The notes under the pieces: model-generated | The model's input: the letters and a program-made list of their open reading frames with translations, nothing else | Database searches by the model: none | Told to the model about the DNA's origin: nothing | Part shown: one piece after another, positions 59,427 to 64,000 of the stretch | How positions within the stretch are numbered: the stretch's first letter is position 1 | Layout: each line of letters opens with the position of its first letter | NCBI GenBank assembly: GCA_965601925.1 | Contig: OZ271854.1 | Coordinates: 544,001-608,000, forward strand | DNA: 64,000 bases | Origin: Alkalispirochaeta sp. | GTDB lineage: Bacteria > Spirochaetota > Spirochaetia > DSM-27196 > Alkalispirochaetaceae | Direction of reading: 5' to 3' | Translations under genes and position numbers: made by a program

Positions 59427-60611
59427 ATGGATCGAAGAGAACGAAAAGAGACGCTCATGGCACAGATGCGCCTCGATGCGTATCTTGCGTGGAAGCCGGA
59501 GGAGTTGGTGGCGCTGTGCGGCTGCTACCCCCACTGGGGCGCATCGATCGCCCTGCTCCTCCCGGGGCGGAATCCCATCCTCTTCATACCCGCCGGCGAG
59601 CCGGACGACGCCGTGCCCGAAGATGTTATCGCGGTTGAATCACCCTGGGGGACCTCGACGCGTCCGTGGACGGACCTCGCACGGCGGATGGCTGAATACC
59701 TTCCGACCGCGACGACACGGCCGATCAAAATCGGATACGACCCGCGATTCGGCCGTATTGCACCGCCACGGAACGCCGCGGAGGGTCCGCCGGTGGATCT
59801 GGCGGTAGTCCACGCGATACACGCCCTCTCTGGTGTCGAGGTGGCGGATGCGTCCGAGGCGGCATCGGCACTCTACGCGCGAAAGTCCACCCATGAGATC
59901 GACGCGGTAGAGCGGGCCAACGGCGTCGCCGATCGCGCCCTCCACCGATTCTATGCGATGCTGCAACCCGGCGTGAGCGAGGCGGCCGTCGCGTCGGAGG
60001 TGGAGACGGTGATACAGCGCGCCATGGAGGACTCCGATATTGCCTACGCCCGTGGGTGGGCGTTCGTTCAGTCGGGACCGGAAACGGGACACACGGGCAC
60101 GTACAACCGGTCCACCGGCCGTATGCTGCGCGAGTCGGATATGGTGACGATCGAGCTCGCCACGTGCGTCGACGGTTACTGGTCCGACCTTACCCGCACC
60201 GGCGTCGTCGGTCCACCATCGGCGCGACAACGACACTTGCACGCCGTAGTTCGCGAGGCACAGGAGGCTTCTTTGGCACGCGTACGTCCCGGAGTGTCGG
60301 GACGCGAGCTGGACGCGGCCGCCCGCGGAGTCGTCGCCGGCCACGGCTTGGCGACCTACTTCCCCCACCCTCTGGGTCACCAGACGGGGTTTCGCTATCA
60401 CGACGACGGCCCCACCCTCTCCCCGGACGAGGAGCGTACCATGGAGGAGGGAATGGTCGTCACCGTCGAGCCCGGCGTCTATCTTCCCTCGGACGTTTTC
60501 GGACGCGGATCCCCGAGCGAGGGATGTCGTGTAGAGGACAACGTGGTGGTGACGTCGGACGGCTACCGACTCCTCTCCCACGCGCCGCGTGACCTCGGGG
60601 GCCGGACGTGA
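59427..60611 (+). CDS. M24 (Xaa-Pro peptidase/creatinase fold) hydrolase
   Basis: 'RKSTHEI', 'IELATCVDGYWSDLTRT', 'FPHPLGHQTG', 'VTVEPGVY', 'CRVEDNV'. Confidence 0.88.
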   Translation: MDRRERKETLMAQMRLDAYLAWKPEELVALCGCYPHWGASIALLLPGRNPILFIPAGEPDDAVPEDVIAVESPWGTSTRPWTDLARRMAEYLPTATTRPIKIGYDPRFGRIAPPRNAAEGPPVDLAVVHAIHALSGVEVADASEAASALYARKSTHEIDAVERANGVADRALHRFYAMLQPGVSEAAVASEVETVIQRAMEDSDIAYARGWAFVQSGPETGHTGTYNRSTGRMLRESDMVTIELATCVDGYWSDLTRTGVVGPPSARQRHLHAVVREAQEASLARVRPGVSGRELDAAARGVVAGHGLATYFPHPLGHQTGFRYHDDGPTLSPDEERTMEEGMVVTVEPGVYLPSDVFGRGSPSEGCRVEDNVVVTSDGYRLLSHAPRDLGGRT

Positions 60612-61495
60612 CGACGGCCCCTCAAACCGCTCTCTTGGCGGGGAAGCGTGCGATCGTCACCGGCGGCTCCCGGGGAATCGGAGCGGGAATCGTCGACGCG
60701 CTGCACGAGGCCGGTGCCCGCGTCGTGGTGAACTATCGCTCCGCCTCAGACCTCGCGGCGCAGAGAGTAGAGATGCTTAACGCTCGGCGGCCCGAATCGG
60801 CGATTGCAATGCGCGCGGACGTTACCGACGAGGCGGCGGTGGTGGAGATGTTTCTCAGGGTCGACGAGTGGTGCGACGGGGTGGACATCCTGATAAACAA
60901 CGCCGGCTACGAGCGGTGCGATCACCTCCTCGATATATCGCTGTCCGACTGGCGGCGCGTGTTCGAGACCAACGTGACGGGCGCCTTTCTCTGCACTCGA
61001 GAGGCGGGGCGCAGAATGGAGGCGCAGTTCGTCGCGAGCCCGCGTTCAACGGGGGTGATCGTCAACCTCTCGTCGATCCACGACCGCGTACCGCGCAAAG
61101 GGTTTGCTCACTACTGCGCGGCCAAGGCGGGCCTCTCCATGCTTACCAAGGCGACGGCGCTGGAGCTTGCGGAGGTGGGCGTGCGGGCGGTAACCGTGTG
61201 TCCCGGGGCGATCGCAACCGACATGAACCGGGACGAGATCGCCTCATTCGGCGAGGACCGGTTTCGCGAATGGATTCCCGCAGGACGAATCGGCGAGGTT
61301 GACGATGTATCACACCTCGTCGCGTTTTTGTGCGGTCCCCACGCCGCCTACGTTACCGGCACCGAGCTCTATGTCGACGGCGGCTACCTGCAGCGCCTCG
61401 TCCAGTACGATCCGAGAGCACCGCGAAACCTCGGCGCGGAACGGCACGGGACGCCGACGACCGGGGGTGACGTATCGAACGGGGGCGACCGGTGA
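60608..61495 (+). CDS. SDR oxidoreductase (glucose 1-dehydrogenase-like)
   Basis: 'TGGSRGIG', 'NYR', 'NNAG', 'SSIHD', YxxxK 'YCAAK'. Confidence 0.93.
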   Translation: MTTAPQTALLAGKRAIVTGGSRGIGAGIVDALHEAGARVVVNYRSASDLAAQRVEMLNARRPESAIAMRADVTDEAAVVEMFLRVDEWCDGVDILINNAGYERCDHLLDISLSDWRRVFETNVTGAFLCTREAGRRMEAQFVASPRSTGVIVNLSSIHDRVPRKGFAHYCAAKAGLSMLTKATALELAEVGVRAVTVCPGAIATDMNRDEIASFGEDRFREWIPAGRIGEVDDVSHLVAFLCGPHAAYVTGTELYVDGGYLQRLVQYDPRAPRNLGAERHGTPTTGGDVSNGGDR

Positions 61496-62562
61496 AGATC
61501 GGATACGGTTTTTACGCGCACATGGCGCACGAACGGGAGTTTCAATTTGCCCGGCAGTGCGGGGCGACGCACGCGGTGGTGCACCTCGTCGACTACACCG
61601 CCGGCGGCGGACAGGAGCGCTCCGGAGCCAAAGACAACCAGCCGATCGGCGGCGACGACGGATGGGGTCGCGCCGGAGAGAATCGCTCGGCGTGGACGGA
61701 GGAGCGTCTGCGTAGCCTCAAGGCGCGTCTCGCGGCGTCGGGGCTGGAGCTCGCCGCAATCGAGAACTTCGACCCTGCAGACTGGTACGACGTACTGCTC
61801 GACGGTCCCCGAAAGGACGAGCAGCTCGAACGGCTCAAGGGGCTGGTCCGCACGGTGGCCCGGGCGGGAATCTCGATGATCGGCTACAACTTCAGCCTCG
61901 CCGGGGTCGCCTCCCGCACCGTCGGACCCTTTGCCCGGGGCGGCGCCGAATCGGTGGGAATGACGGGGGTCGACGAACGACCGATTCCGAACGGCATGGT
62001 GTGGAACATGACCTACGACTCGTCGGCGCCGCCGGGAAGTCTGGCCCCGACGACCGAGGAGGAGTTATGGCGTCGTCTCAAGGACTTCTTGGATGCCGTG
62101 CTACCCGTGGCCGAAGAGGAGGGTGTCATCCTCGCGGCGCATCCCGACGACCCGCCGGTAGAACGAGTCCGTCAACAGCCGCGTTTGGTATGGCGACCCG
62201 ACCGTTACGACCGCCTGCTCGATCTCGCGCCGTCGCCGTGTAACAAGCTGGAGTTCTGTCTCGGCACCCTGGCCGAGATGCCGGGGCACGACCTCTACGA
62301 GACGCTCGACCACTACCTCGGCCGGGACGCGGTGGGTTACGTGCACTTCCGAAACGTCCGCGGCACGGTACCGTCCTACGTGGAGACATTTATCGACGAG
62401 GGCGACATCGATATGGGACGCGTCATGCGCATCTTCCGCGATCGACGATACGACGGCGTACTAATCCCCGACCATACCCCGCAAATGAGCTGCGACGCGC
62501 CGTGGCACGCCGGTATGGCGTACGCGTTGGGGTATATGAACGCACTCAAACGAAGCGTGTGA
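61492..62562 (+). CDS. uxuA: Mannonate dehydratase (UxuA family)
   Basis: 'IGYNFS', '[33 protein letters not shown]', 'YVHFRNV', 'ETFIDEGD', 'IPDHTP'. Confidence 0.88.
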   Translation: MKIGYGFYAHMAHEREFQFARQCGATHAVVHLVDYTAGGGQERSGAKDNQPIGGDDGWGRAGENRSAWTEERLRSLKARLAASGLELAAIENFDPADWYDVLLDGPRKDEQLERLKGLVRTVARAGISMIGYNFSLAGVASRTVGPFARGGAESVGMTGVDERPIPNGMVWNMTYDSSAPPGSLAPTTEEELWRRLKDFLDAVLPVAEEEGVILAAHPDDPPVERVRQQPRLVWRPDRYDRLLDLAPSPCNKLEFCLGTLAEMPGHDLYETLDHYLGRDAVGYVHFRNVRGTVPSYVETFIDEGDIDMGRVMRIFRDRRYDGVLIPDHTPQMSCDAPWHAGMAYALGYMNALKRSV

Positions 62563-62576
62563 ACGAAGGAGACGAT

Positions 62577-63242
62577 ATGAAGCCATGGCGGAACGAACGG
62601 GAGCTACGCGATCTTGTTATCCGGGAACTCTACACACCGGTCCTCGGAGATATCTTGGATAGCTTGGGATACGTTCACCAGTTCCTCCCCCAACCGATCC
62701 ACCCCATGCGGGACGAGATGGTCGTGGCGGGGCGCGCCATGCCGGTGCTCATGATGGACGTCTACGGAGAGCAAGCGGAACCCTTCGGCCTCATGACGCA
62801 GGCGCTGGACGATCTGACGGAGGGAGAGGTATACATCGCCGGCGGAGCGCATCACCGGAGCGCAAACTGGGGAGAGATCATGACCGCGACGGCCAAGGTG
62901 CGCGGCGCGGCGGGCGCGGTGGTCGACGGCTTCCATCGTGACACGCGACAGGTAGTGTCGCAGCGATTCCCCGTCTTCAGCCGCGGCCCATACGGCCAGG
63001 ACTCGGGACCGCGCATGAAGGTGGCCGACTTCCGTACCGGAATCGAAATCGGCGAGGTGGCGATTCGTCCGGGCGACTTTGTCTTCGGGGATGTCGACGG
63101 TGTGCTCATTGTGCCCCACGAAACGGTCGACGACGTCGTTACTACGGCGCTTGAAAAGGCGCGCGGTGAAAAAGTGGTGCGGAGAGAGATAGAAAACGGC
63201 GTGTCGGCGACCGAGGCGTTCAGAAAATACGGGATCCTATAA
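62577..63242 (+). CDS. RraA-like / HMG-CHA aldolase family protein
   Basis: 'GDILD', 'VAGRA', '[25 protein letters not shown]', '[12 protein letters not shown]'. AAGGAG RBS. Confidence 0.9.
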   Translation: MKPWRNERELRDLVIRELYTPVLGDILDSLGYVHQFLPQPIHPMRDEMVVAGRAMPVLMMDVYGEQAEPFGLMTQALDDLTEGEVYIAGGAHHRSANWGEIMTATAKVRGAAGAVVDGFHRDTRQVVSQRFPVFSRGPYGQDSGPRMKVADFRTGIEIGEVAIRPGDFVFGDVDGVLIVPHETVDDVVTTALEKARGEKVVRREIENGVSATEAFRKYGIL

Positions 63243-63263
63243 CTCGCTCACCGCACGAGTCCG

Positions 63264-63638
63264 TCACCACTCATCACCTACCGGAGCGTCGATCGAGATT
63301 ACGGTTCCGTCCCCCCTTACGATTTCGGTCGCGTACATCTCCCGACTGAACGCGATCGCGTCGTCGTCGACCCACCCGGAAACGGTGATCGTCTCTCCTA
63401 CCTCGGCCGGCGGCTCCGGGGATCGAGCGCCCCTCACGAAGATCTCGATACGCCCGCTTCCGTCGCGTAAGAGAATTTCGTCGGAATCCCGATAGCGCAC
63501 CACCTCGCCCCGGATAGTCGCGAAGTCGCCGCGGCGGAGACTCTCGATCGGTACGATCGCCTCCTCGTCGGAAGATTGAGCGCTTGCGACGCCCCCAAGC
63601 AAAACCAAGGCCGCAATAACGATGGCCGCTTTGTTCAT
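63264..63638 (-). CDS. Exported OB-fold protein (YgiW/YdeI-like)
   Basis: Signal peptide 'ASA|Q', 'TIRGEVV..DEILLRDGSGRIEI', 'TVSGWVD'. Confidence 0.75.
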   Translation of the reverse strand: MNKAAIVIAALVLLGGVASAQSSDEEAIVPIESLRRGDFATIRGEVVRYRDSDEILLRDGSGRIEIFVRGARSPEPPAEVGETITVSGWVDDDAIAFSREMYATEIVRGDGTVISIDAPVGDEW

Positions 63639-63863
63639 ACGGTCCCCCTTTTCAGCGTTCGGCCGGCAAAGCCGACGGTCGTCCCTCACAAAGGGATCGG
63701 ATGCGACAAAATGTAACGGAAAAAAGAGCGTCAGCCACGAGCACGACGGCGACAATCGTGAATCATCCTACGGAGGGCCGGTATGAAGGGGTAGCGAGTC
63801 GGATGTCTGCATGGGCAAGTCGAGGCGCTAAGCTTCGGAAACGACGACCCTCGAGTTTTCATG

Positions 63864-64000
63864 TTATATAATATCGAGATTCTTCATGCTCACATCGACG
63901 GTAAAGGGTCCCAAATCGGTGGTAAAGGGCATCCCGATGATCGGAGCGCTACTTGGCCAGTGTATGCGGTGATTCTTGCCCTGCACCACCAGGGGGGGCG
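63864..64000 (-). CDS. cheX: C-terminus of a CheX chemotaxis phosphatase (partial, continues beyond the window)
   Basis: Minus frame reads 'PPLVVQGKNHRIHWPSSAPIIGMPFTTDLGPFTVDVSMKNLDII*'. Not present in the ORF track. Confidence 0.7.
   Translation of the reverse strand, partial: PPLVVQGKNHRIHWPSSAPIIGMPFTTDLGPFTVDVSMKNLDII

Noticed and set aside
1..64000. CRISPR array, tRNA/rRNA, transposase, integrase, prophage
   Set aside because: No regularly spaced direct repeats, cloverleaf or rRNA motifs, or mobile-element proteins were recognised by eye.

Overview
GC-rich (visually about 60-65%), gene-dense bacterial chromosomal window. It most likely comes from a free-living spirochaete (Spirochaetaceae-like), inferred from the 'FAGGQxE/FAAGQGE' N-termini of the solute-binding proteins, a partial CheX, three chemoreceptors and a DnaK-like/LysM membrane protein. 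I found no rRNA, tRNA, CRISPR array, prophage or transposase. Main content: a MATE pump; an RND operon whose permease is fused to a TolC-like protein through an internal signal-peptide-like linker; a D-/L-alanine and D-serine catabolic cluster (dsdA, alr, AgcS-type symporter, ald, Lrp); an SfsA-DUF123 double-nuclease fusion; three sugar ABC systems with GntR/LacI and ROK regulators and three Gfo/Idh/MocA oxidoreductases; msrA; cls; a Regnase-like NYN RNase; a probable pseudo-histidine kinase; three orphan lipoproteins; and an AraC-linked M24-SDR-UxuA-RraA operon that looks like an uncharacterised sugar-acid catabolic route. Signals not apparent in the ORF track include a frameshifted ribH relic, an approximately 150-nt rod-like inverted-repeat structure, several clear operators, and repeated leaderless gene architecture. 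All family calls are by motif recognition only; no database searches were run.
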